Shown here piece by piece: positions 8,534 through 15,748 of a DNA stretch of 32,000 bases. The position numbers and the translations under genes were made by a program. Each line of letters begins with the position of its first letter. Position 1 is the first letter of the stretch. A model generated the notes under the pieces. It saw nothing but the letters and a program-made list of their open reading frames with translations. It was not told the DNA's origin and searched no databases. Where the stretch lies: assembly GCA_001695645.1 (NCBI GenBank), contig LVZN01000010.1, positions 1 through 32,000 of the forward strand. The letters run 5' to 3'. Source of the stretch: Erysipelotrichaceae bacterium MTC7. Lineage in GTDB: Bacteria; Bacillota_I; Bacilli_A; Erysipelotrichales; Erysipelotrichaceae.

Positions 8534-9427
8534 ATGGATAAAAAATATAAAAAAGTAGTGTGGATGCTATGTTTATGCGTCGCAATTGGTTTTCTATTTA
8601 CAGGACAGCTTCATGCTGAAGTAGGAAATACCGGTGGTTTTGACGGCGGCGGAGGCGGCTGGAGTGGTGGCGGAAGCGACTGGTCTGGTGGCAGTGATTG
8701 GGGCGGCGGAGGCGGTTCAAGCTTCTTCATGTTTCCATTTTTTGGCGGTGGCTTTGGACAAATCCTTTTGTTTATTGTGATTGCTGTGATATTTTACTTT
8801 ATTAAAAACGGTAAAAGTGCCAACAGTAACCAACACATTTATCGACAAAAACAAACCATTGATGAAGCAAGTGCAATTGCAAAAGTGCAAGCTGTTGATC
8901 CAAATTTCTCAGCAGAAAAGTTTAGAGGATGGGTTGGTGAATTGTACGTAACACTGCAAGAAGCATGGGAAGCAAAGAATTGGCGTTCGGTTCGTCCGTT
9001 TGAAAGCAATGCTCTATTTAATATGCACAACAAACAAATGGATGAATACATTGCACGAAAGATTACCAATAAACTAGATAATCAAGAAGTACGGGATGTA
9101 AAAATTGCCGATTTCCGTGTGGATGGAGACCAGGAAGTACTAACGGTACAAGTACATGCATTTTGTACGGATTATACCGTTGAAGATGAAACAGGGAAAG
9201 TTATACAAGGAAATCCCAATACGTTGGAAGAACGTTATTACCGTTTTGAGTTTATTCGTAAAGCTGGTGTACAAACAAAAGTTGAAGATGATGGACTGGT
9301 ACCAACAAACTGTCCAAACTGTGGAGCACCAACACAGGTGACAAGCAGTGGAGAATGTGAGTACTGTGGTTCGGTGATTACACGAGGCGATTACGGTTGG
9401 GTTTTGAATGTTTTTAAAGCATGGTAA
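8534..9427 (+). CDS. Membrane protein with Gly/Trp-rich exposed segment, Tim44-like domain and C-terminal zinc ribbon
   Basis: N-terminal hydrophobic segment VVWMLCLCVAIGFLFTG; then GGGGGWSGGGSDWSGGSDWGGGGG; a second TM ILLFIVIAVIFYFI; a Tim44-like block PNFSAEKFRGWVGELYVTLQEAWEAKNWRSVRPFESNALF; and CPNCGAP...CEYCGS. Confidence 0.75.
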   Translation: MDKKYKKVVWMLCLCVAIGFLFTGQLHAEVGNTGGFDGGGGGWSGGGSDWSGGSDWGGGGGSSFFMFPFFGGGFGQILLFIVIAVIFYFIKNGKSANSNQHIYRQKQTIDEASAIAKVQAVDPNFSAEKFRGWVGELYVTLQEAWEAKNWRSVRPFESNALFNMHNKQMDEYIARKITNKLDNQEVRDVKIADFRVDGDQEVLTVQVHAFCTDYTVEDETGKVIQGNPNTLEERYYRFEFIRKAGVQTKVEDDGLVPTNCPNCGAPTQVTSSGECEYCGSVITRGDYGWVLNVFKAW

Positions 9428-9439
9428 AGGAGAAAAAAC

Positions 9440-10615
9440 ATGGGACTAATTAAAGCAGCAGTTGCAAGTGCTTCAAGTACACTTGCCGATCAGTGGTTAG
9501 AGTATTTCTACTGTGATAGTTTAAGCAACAATGAATTGATTAAAAAAGGTGTAAAAGTTGTTAGTAAAGGTAGTAACACAAAGGGTAGCGAAAACATCAT
9601 TAGTAATGGGACGGGAATTGCCATCAATGAAGGACAAGGTGTCATTATTGTTGAAGATGGAAAAATTGTCGAATTTAGTGTAGAACCAGGGCGTTTTACA
9701 TGGGATAGTTCAAGTGAACCTAGTTTATTTGACAGTGGTTGGAAAGGTTTAAAAGAATCGTTTGCGACATTTGGTAAACGTTTCACTATGGGTGGTACAC
9801 CTGGAAAAGATCAACGTGTATACTTTATAAACTTAAAAGAAATCTTTGATAATAAATTTGGCACAGCTTCACCAATGGCATACAAAGATCCAACGTACCG
9901 TGGGATTTACATTCGTTACTATGGACAATATACGTTTAAAATTGAAGATCCGATCAAGTTTTACACAAATGTGGCAGGGAATGTTTCCAACACATACACA
10001 AAAGATGAATTTGACTCACAAAGTAAAGCAGAATTTGTGAATGCATTAGATACAACAATTGCGAAATTAGCAGATGAAAATGTTCAATACAATGACATTC
10101 CAAAAAAACAAATGGAACTTGCTAAATACATGAATGATGCGCTTGATGAAGAGTGGAATGATAAACGTGGAATTGTGATTTCATCTGTGGCAATTGAAAA
10201 AGTAACACCTGATGATGAAAGTCGCAAACGGATTGAAGATATCGATGATGCAATTATGTACAGTGATAAACGCGTAGCAGCAGGACGTCTTGTGGATGCA
10301 CAGGCTTCTGCAATGGAGAAAGCTGCAAGCAATGAAGCTGGAGCAATGCAAGGCTTTATGGGCTACGGTATGGCAAATCAAGCTGGTAATAACATTGCCG
10401 GTATGTTTGATGATCAAACACAAACTGCAACGCCTAGTGCTGCATCATCACAAGGTGCAACTTGGACTTGTCCAAAGGATGGAACGGTCAACACAGGCAA
10501 ATTTTGCAGCGAGTGTGGTACACCAAAACCAAGTGACGGTACATGGACATGTCCAAATGATGGAACTGTAAACACTGGTAAATTTTGCAGTGAATGTGGT
10601 AAACCAAAAGAATAA
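9440..10615 (+). CDS. SPFH/band-7 protein of the COG4260 (YdjI-like, 'virion core protein-like') type with two C-terminal zinc ribbons
   Basis: MGLIKAAVASASSTLADQWLEYFYCDSL opening typical of this family, then a band-7-like core. The C-terminus carries TWTCP(K/N)DGTVNTGKFCSECG(T/K)PK twice. AAGGAG SD; 12 nt after the upstream gene. Confidence 0.8.
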   Translation: MGLIKAAVASASSTLADQWLEYFYCDSLSNNELIKKGVKVVSKGSNTKGSENIISNGTGIAINEGQGVIIVEDGKIVEFSVEPGRFTWDSSSEPSLFDSGWKGLKESFATFGKRFTMGGTPGKDQRVYFINLKEIFDNKFGTASPMAYKDPTYRGIYIRYYGQYTFKIEDPIKFYTNVAGNVSNTYTKDEFDSQSKAEFVNALDTTIAKLADENVQYNDIPKKQMELAKYMNDALDEEWNDKRGIVISSVAIEKVTPDDESRKRIEDIDDAIMYSDKRVAAGRLVDAQASAMEKAASNEAGAMQGFMGYGMANQAGNNIAGMFDDQTQTATPSAASSQGATWTCPKDGTVNTGKFCSECGTPKPSDGTWTCPNDGTVNTGKFCSECGKPKE

Positions 10616-10639
10616 CAAATAGTAAAATTTTAACGAATT

Positions 10640-10673
10640 AAGGTATCTCGAGAAATTGTAGATACCTTTTTTT
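10640..10673 (+). terminator. Rho-independent terminator after SPFH gene
   Basis: AAGGTATCT (10640..10648) pairs with AGATACCTT (10660..10668), 11-nt loop, T7 run. Confidence 0.8.
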
Positions 10674-10683
10674 AAAATAAATA

Positions 10684-10731
10684 TTGCAAATCTACGGGAT
10701 TTCTTTATAATTGAATTGTTCTATAAAGAAA
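10684..10731 (+). promoter_or_regulatory. Promoter of the pot regulator, overlapped by a 10-bp perfect inverted repeat (candidate operator)
   Basis: TTGCAA (10684..10689), 16-nt spacer, TATAAT (10706..10711). TTTCTTTATA (10700..10709) and TATAAAGAAA (10722..10731) are exact reverse complements 12 nt apart and straddle the -10 and the expected transcription start. Confidence 0.5.
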
Positions 10732-10770
10732 CATGAAAAGTTTAGTGTTACTAAACAGAAGGGAGTGTTT

Positions 10771-11301
10771 ATGGATATCGGATTGAAATTAAAAGAGTTG
10801 CGAACCCAGAATGGGTTAACATTAGATGAATTAAGTGCCCGTAGTGAACTTTCCAAGGGGTTTTTAAGTCAGTTGGAGCGTAATTTAACTTCACCTTCCA
10901 TCGTCACTTTGCAAGATATACTAGAAGCACTTGGGACCAACCTGTCAGAGTTTTTCAATGAAGAAGAATATCAAACGGTCTTTCGTGAAGAAGATTATTA
11001 TGTCAGCGAAAAAGAGGGTGTGACCACTACCTTCGTTGTGCCAAATGCACAAAAAAATGAGATGGAACCAATTTTGCTTACACTGGCGGGAAAAAGCCAA
11101 TCGCAAAACATCAATCCACATGAAGGGGAAGAGTTTGGATACATTCTTAAAGGAAAAGTAACACTCGTCAACGGGGAGAAAAAAGACGAATTGAAACAAG
11201 GGGAGACCTTTTATTTAAATGGGAAACATCATCACTACATTGTGAATGATACCAACAAAGAGGCTATGATCATTTGGGTCATGAGCCCACCAAATTTTTA
11301 A
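10771..11301 (+). CDS. XRE-family HTH plus C-terminal cupin transcriptional regulator (PuuR-like architecture)
   Basis: Start moved from the track's TTG 10711 to ATG 10771, which has a GAAGGGAG SD. HTH region LKELRTQNGLTLDELSARSELSKGFLSQLERN. Cupin region HEGEEFGYILKGKVTL...GETFYL. Confidence 0.85.
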   Translation: MDIGLKLKELRTQNGLTLDELSARSELSKGFLSQLERNLTSPSIVTLQDILEALGTNLSEFFNEEEYQTVFREEDYYVSEKEGVTTTFVVPNAQKNEMEPILLTLAGKSQSQNINPHEGEEFGYILKGKVTLVNGEKKDELKQGETFYLNGKHHHYIVNDTNKEAMIIWVMSPPNF

Positions 11302-11313
11302 AAAGGAGACATT

Positions 11314-12885
11314 ATGAAAAAGATTATTCAATTTAAAAACATCGTAAAAAGCTTTGATGAGCAAATCATCCTCAAAGGAATTACGCTGGATATTTATGAA
11401 AATGAATTTGTCACGTTACTTGGACCAAGTGGATGTGGGAAAACGACATTGTTGCGTATTTTGGGCGGTTTCTTAGATGCAGACTCAGGTGAAGTTATTT
11501 TTGATAATGAGGATATTGCCAAACTTCCACCATATAAAAGAGAACTAAACACCGTATTTCAAAAATATGCCTTATTTCCACATATGAATATTTTTGATAA
11601 CATTGCTTTTGGTTTAAAAATCAAAAAGATGAGTGATGATGTGATTCGTCAAAAAGTAACACGTATGTTAAAACTAGTAAATCTAGAAGGTTATGAAGAT
11701 CGTAAAATTGATCAACTTTCTGGTGGGCAGCAACAACGTATTGCGATTGCTCGTGCACTTGTCAATGAACCAAAAGTATTATTACTAGATGAACCTTTGG
11801 GTGCATTGGATTTAAAACTACGTAAAGAAATGCAACTCGAATTAAAAAAGATTCAACAAGAAGTAGGAATCACATTTATTTATGTTACGCACGATCAAGA
11901 AGAAGCATTAACGATGTCCGATAAAATCGTGGTTATGCGTGAAGGAGAAATTGAACAAGTTGGCTCACCAATTGATATTTACAATGAACCAGTAAATGAA
12001 TATGTAGCAAACTTCATCGGTGAGAGCAATGTTATCGATGGTGTTATGAAAAAAGACTACTTAGTATCTTTTGATGATAAAGACTTTACCTGTGTGGACC
12101 ACGGATTCAAAGATAATGAAGATGTTGACATTGTCATTCGTCCAGAAGATATTGAGATTGTTGGTCGTGGACGTGGTGTGTTGAATGGAAAAGTGAAATC
12201 GCAACTGTTCAAAGGTGTGCACAATGAGATTATCGTGGAAACAGCACGAGGAAGTCATGTTGAAGTTACGATGACTATTTACAACAAAAAGCCAATCTTT
12301 AATGAAGAAGCAAGTGAATACATCAGTGCCAATAACTTTTATGTGGATGTTCAAGATTTTGATGAACTAACTGATGACGATATCATCGCACGTGCTGATG
12401 CGCAAGCATGGGATGCGGAAACAGAAGAATACGTTGGATTTTCAAGTGTAACATACGAGGAATTGGTTGGAGAAAACACATATCCAGTTACATTCTCAAC
12501 AAGCAAAGGAACAAGTATTACCATTGAAATGATTGGGGTAAAACAACGCTACATTAACGATGAGAAAAAACGAATTGGGATTGCAGCATTTGATTTCTTT
12601 AAAACATTAGATGAAATTGAAGAATCACAAGCATTAGATACTGACCTTAAAACTTGGGCAGATGCAGTAAGTTGGGATTTGGATACAGATGAGGCAATTG
12701 AAATTCGTAACGTTGATTATGACTTTGAAATTGAAGATCTAGTACCGGGAACTTACAAAGTATCGTTTTCAACGGTAGGTCGCGAGTTTAAAATTCACAC
12801 AACAAAATCAAGTGAAGTGGATAAAAATGTTGGACTTTCTTTTGACCCTGAAGCCATCCACGTAATGGAAAAAATGGGGTTCTAA
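11314..12885 (+). CDS. potA: Spermidine/putrescine ABC transporter ATPase PotA with ~180-aa tandem-repeat insertion in the C-terminal regulatory domain
   Basis: Walker [11 protein letters not shown]-loop FQKYALFPH, signature LSGGQQQR, Walker [13 protein letters not shown]-loop VTHDQ. The PotA-type tail [15 protein letters not shown] is present, but the protein is 523 aa rather than the roughly 370-380 aa of classical PotA. Confidence 0.9.
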   Translation: MKKIIQFKNIVKSFDEQIILKGITLDIYENEFVTLLGPSGCGKTTLLRILGGFLDADSGEVIFDNEDIAKLPPYKRELNTVFQKYALFPHMNIFDNIAFGLKIKKMSDDVIRQKVTRMLKLVNLEGYEDRKIDQLSGGQQQRIAIARALVNEPKVLLLDEPLGALDLKLRKEMQLELKKIQQEVGITFIYVTHDQEEALTMSDKIVVMREGEIEQVGSPIDIYNEPVNEYVANFIGESNVIDGVMKKDYLVSFDDKDFTCVDHGFKDNEDVDIVIRPEDIEIVGRGRGVLNGKVKSQLFKGVHNEIIVETARGSHVEVTMTIYNKKPIFNEEASEYISANNFYVDVQDFDELTDDDIIARADAQAWDAETEEYVGFSSVTYEELVGENTYPVTFSTSKGTSITIEMIGVKQRYINDEKKRIGIAAFDFFKTLDEIEESQALDTDLKTWADAVSWDLDTDEAIEIRNVDYDFEIEDLVPGTYKVSFSTVGREFKIHTTKSSEVDKNVGLSFDPEAIHVMEKMGF

Positions 12886-12886
12886 G

Positions 12887-13711
12887 ATGAACAACTACAA
12901 AAGACTTATCCAACCTTATGTACTTTGGATTAGCATCTTTCTTGTCTTACCAATGCTGCTCATTGTTTTATATGCGTTTACGGTAGGTGGAAATGATGTA
13001 TTAACATTCAATTTTACACTTGATAACTTTACACGTTTTTTCAATGATAACGTGTTTATTGGTGTACTCATCGATTCGTTTCGAATTGCTTTAGTTACAA
13101 CAATTTTATGTATTTTTATTGGCTATCCTGCTGCGTATTTCATCAGCAAGATGAACGTAAAAAGCAATGCATTTTTTATTCTTTTAATTACGTTACCAAT
13201 GTGGATCAACATGTTGGTGCGTACCTATGCATGGGTAGGAATTTTAAGTGACAATGGGGTCATCAACAATATCTTGTCATTTTTTGGACTTGGCCAACTG
13301 CATATGATTCATACGGAATTTGCGATTATTTTAGGTATGGTATACAACTTTTTACCATTTATGATTTTGCAAATTCATGCCTCGCTAACAAAGATGGATA
13401 CATCTTTAGTTGAAGCTAGTGCAGATTTAGGAGCAAGTAAATTTGAAACGTTTAAACGTGTCATCTTTCCTTTATCCTTGCCTGGTGTGATTAGTGGGAT
13501 TACTTTAGTTTTCTTACCGGCGACAAGTTCATTTTTCATTCAACGTTTGTTGGGTGGAGGAACCATCTTAGTTGGTAACTTGATTGAAAACTATTTTGTG
13601 ACAACTGGAGATTGGAACTTTGGTAGTGCAATCAGTTTGATTATGGCGATCATCATTATGATTTCCATGTACCTTACCAATCGACTTGATAAAGAAAGAG
13701 GTGAGGACTAA
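12887..13711 (+). CDS. potB: Spermidine/putrescine ABC transporter permease PotB
   Basis: Six-TM MetI-type permease with EAA-loop region EASADLGASKFETFKRVIFPLSLPG. Confidence 0.88.
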   Translation: MNNYKRLIQPYVLWISIFLVLPMLLIVLYAFTVGGNDVLTFNFTLDNFTRFFNDNVFIGVLIDSFRIALVTTILCIFIGYPAAYFISKMNVKSNAFFILLITLPMWINMLVRTYAWVGILSDNGVINNILSFFGLGQLHMIHTEFAIILGMVYNFLPFMILQIHASLTKMDTSLVEASADLGASKFETFKRVIFPLSLPGVISGITLVFLPATSSFFIQRLLGGGTILVGNLIENYFVTTGDWNFGSAISLIMAIIIMISMYLTNRLDKERGED

Positions 13712-15573
13712 TGAAAAAGAAATTTGGTTCGAAGCTATTTCTAGGCTTATTGATGTTGTTTTTCTATTTACCAATTATCTACATGATGGTATTCTCATTT
13801 AACGGAAGTAAATCCTTATCTAAATTCACAGGATTTTCATTACGTTGGTATGAGCAAATGTTTGCCAACAAATCGATGATTGAAGCAATTTATTACACCG
13901 TTGTGATTGCCATTCTTGCGACCGTGATTTCGACAGTCGTGGGAACGTTAGCAAGTATTGGTTTATCAAAATCGAGAAAGGTGTTAAAAACCTACGTTGA
14001 ACAAGTCAACAACTTGCCAATCATGAACCCAGAAATTGTAACGGCAATTGGATTGATGTTGTTTTTTACAACGATGAAAATTGAAAAAGGGTTTATGACC
14101 TTACTGCTTGCACACATTGCTTTTTGTATTCCGTATGTCATGTTAAGTGTGACGCCTAGACTACGTCGTTTGGATCCTAACTTAGCAGATGCGGCAATGG
14201 ACCTTGGGGCAAAACCAAGTTATGCTTTACGTCGTATTATCATTCCGCAATTGATGCCAGGAATTGTTGCTGGTGCTTTAATTGCCTTTACGATGAGTTT
14301 TGATGATTTTATTATTTCATACTTTGTATCTGGAAATGGAATTAAAAATATTTCGATTCTCGTGTATACGATGAGTAAACGAATCAATCCATCCATCAAT
14401 GCTTTATCAACCATTATCGTTGTTATCATTACAATTGTTTTGGTTGCCGTAAATTTGCTAAGTATGAAAAAAGCAAAAACAAACAAAGTAGCACAACGTG
14501 TTGGGTTGGTTGCTTTGGCTTCATGTGTCGGTCTTACCATCTTTGGATTGCAAAAACTTAGAAGCAACTCAGGTGGAAACTTTGATCCCATTGATGCGTA
14601 TGGTTGTGATACCTTAAATGTATTCAATACCGGAGAATACATTGGGGAAGATACGATTTCGAAGTTCGAACAAAAATACAATGTACATGTTAATTACTCA
14701 CTTTTTGCTTCAAATGAAGAGATGTATACAAAACTGTTAAGTGGAGAATCTTACGATGTGCTTGTTCCTAGTGATTATATGATTGAACAGTTGTTGCAAG
14801 AAGATCGTCTTCAAAAAATCAACCGTAAAAACATTACCAATTTTGATAACTTAAGTCCGTTGGTTAAAGGTTTGGCATACGATCCTAAAAATGAATACAG
14901 CATTCCTTACTTCTGGGGATCGGTTGGTATTATGTATGACAAAACCAAAGTATCACAAGAGGATTTGGAACAAGATGGATATGCCATCTTGAAAAATCCA
15001 AAATACAAAGGCCGTATCTTTGTATACGACAGTGAACGTGATTCTTTTATGATAGCGCTTAAAAATTTAGGGTATTCCATGAATACCAGCAACTTAAATG
15101 AAATCAACGAAGCATACGAATGGTTACGTGGACTACGTGCAAACGATCCCGTATTTGTGACAGATGAAGTTATTGATGGAATGATCAATGGTGAAAAAGA
15201 CATTGCGGTTGTCTACAGTGGTGATGCAACGTACATTCAAATGGAAAACCCAAATATGGCGTACTATGAGCCAAAAGAGGGAACGAATATTTGGAGTGAT
15301 GCGATGGTTGTTCCTAAAAACAGTGCTTGTCCATTGTTGGCTGAGACATTTATCGATTTCAACCTTGGTGAGAAAATCGCATACGAAAACTCTGAATATG
15401 TTGGATATACATCAAGTGTGCAAAAAGTCATCGACAAGCTACAAGCAGGTGAATTTGAAGGTTTATCAAGTTATATTCCACGCAGTGGCTATGACAAAGA
15501 TGAAATCTTTAACTACAATCCAAAAATCAGAAAGGTTATTTCTGAACTTTGGGTAAAAGTAAAAGCAAAATAA
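13711..15573 (+). CDS. In-frame fusion of permease PotC (aa 1-251) and polyamine-binding lipoprotein PotD (aa 252-620)
   Basis: The N-terminal half has the EAA loop DAAMDLGAKPSYALRRIIIPQLMPG. The C-terminal half is a PotD/PotF-type periplasmic binding protein (YDVLVPSDYMIEQL, IPYFWGSVGIMYDK, DAMVVPKNS). The junction MKKAKTNKVAQRVGLVALASC is an intact lipoprotein signal peptide. No stop codon separates the halves. Confidence 0.85.
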   Translation: MKKKFGSKLFLGLLMLFFYLPIIYMMVFSFNGSKSLSKFTGFSLRWYEQMFANKSMIEAIYYTVVIAILATVISTVVGTLASIGLSKSRKVLKTYVEQVNNLPIMNPEIVTAIGLMLFFTTMKIEKGFMTLLLAHIAFCIPYVMLSVTPRLRRLDPNLADAAMDLGAKPSYALRRIIIPQLMPGIVAGALIAFTMSFDDFIISYFVSGNGIKNISILVYTMSKRINPSINALSTIIVVIITIVLVAVNLLSMKKAKTNKVAQRVGLVALASCVGLTIFGLQKLRSNSGGNFDPIDAYGCDTLNVFNTGEYIGEDTISKFEQKYNVHVNYSLFASNEEMYTKLLSGESYDVLVPSDYMIEQLLQEDRLQKINRKNITNFDNLSPLVKGLAYDPKNEYSIPYFWGSVGIMYDKTKVSQEDLEQDGYAILKNPKYKGRIFVYDSERDSFMIALKNLGYSMNTSNLNEINEAYEWLRGLRANDPVFVTDEVIDGMINGEKDIAVVYSGDATYIQMENPNMAYYEPKEGTNIWSDAMVVPKNSACPLLAETFIDFNLGEKIAYENSEYVGYTSSVQKVIDKLQAGEFEGLSSYIPRSGYDKDEIFNYNPKIRKVISELWVKVKAK

Positions 15574-15582
15574 ACAGTTAAG

Positions 15583-15613
15583 AACATCTTAGGAAACTAA
15601 GGTGTTTTCTTTT
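15583..15613 (+). terminator. Rho-independent terminator after pot operon
   Basis: AACATCTTAG (15583..15592) pairs with CTAAGGTGTT (15597..15606) with one G-U pair, GAAA tetraloop, then TTTTCTTTT. Confidence 0.8.
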
Positions 15614-15617
15614 CCAA

Positions 15618-15646
15618 GTGACAAACACACATGAATTTGCTATACT
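15618..15646 (+). promoter_or_regulatory. Sigma-A-like promoter for ABC-F gene
   Basis: GTGACA (15618..15623), 17-nt spacer, TATACT (15641..15646). Confidence 0.5.
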
Positions 15647-15669
15647 GTCCATAGAAAGGTGGTGCTGCA

Positions 15670-15687
15670 ATGTTAGTAAACAAATAG
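15670..15687 (+). promoter_or_regulatory. Candidate 5-codon leader ORF (MLVNK-stop) in the ABC-F 5' UTR
   Basis: ATG TTA GTA AAC AAA TAG, preceded by AAAGGTGG (15655..15662) at 7-nt spacing. It lies between the predicted promoter and the ABC-F start. Confidence 0.3.
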
Positions 15688-15748
15688 ATGATTGAAAATA
15701 CAAAGTTCATGTCTATGGTCCCTTCAACAAAGAAAGGGAGGTTTACTT

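Noticed and set aside
8636-8760. GC-rich repetitive tract (GGCGGCGGAGGCGG occurs twice) that stands out against the AT-rich background
   Set aside because: It is explained as Gly-codon low complexity encoding the GGGGGWSGGGSDW loop of the Tim44-like protein. It is not a CRISPR-like or non-coding repeat.
14220-14681. 153-aa antisense ORF inside potC::potD. The same applies to the other antisense ORFs at 3521..3796, 4482..4886, 6037..6477, 6399..6686, 12061..12354, 26087..26518 and 27257..27511.
   Set aside because: All lie fully within, or mostly opposite, strongly supported genes. They lack SDs and recognisable motifs, so I treated them as shadow ORFs.
15188-15556. 122-aa alternative-frame ORF inside the PotD portion
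   Set aside because: Same strand but out of frame with a well-supported binding-protein domain. Lys/Arg/Trp-rich composition typical of frame-shifted AT-rich coding sequence.
15692-15748. TTG-initiated N-terminal extension of the ABC-F ORF, and the out-of-frame 27-codon ORF from ATG 15688
   Set aside because: Neither has an SD. The ATG at 15749 has AAGGGAGG at ideal spacing and gives the normal ABC-F N-terminus.
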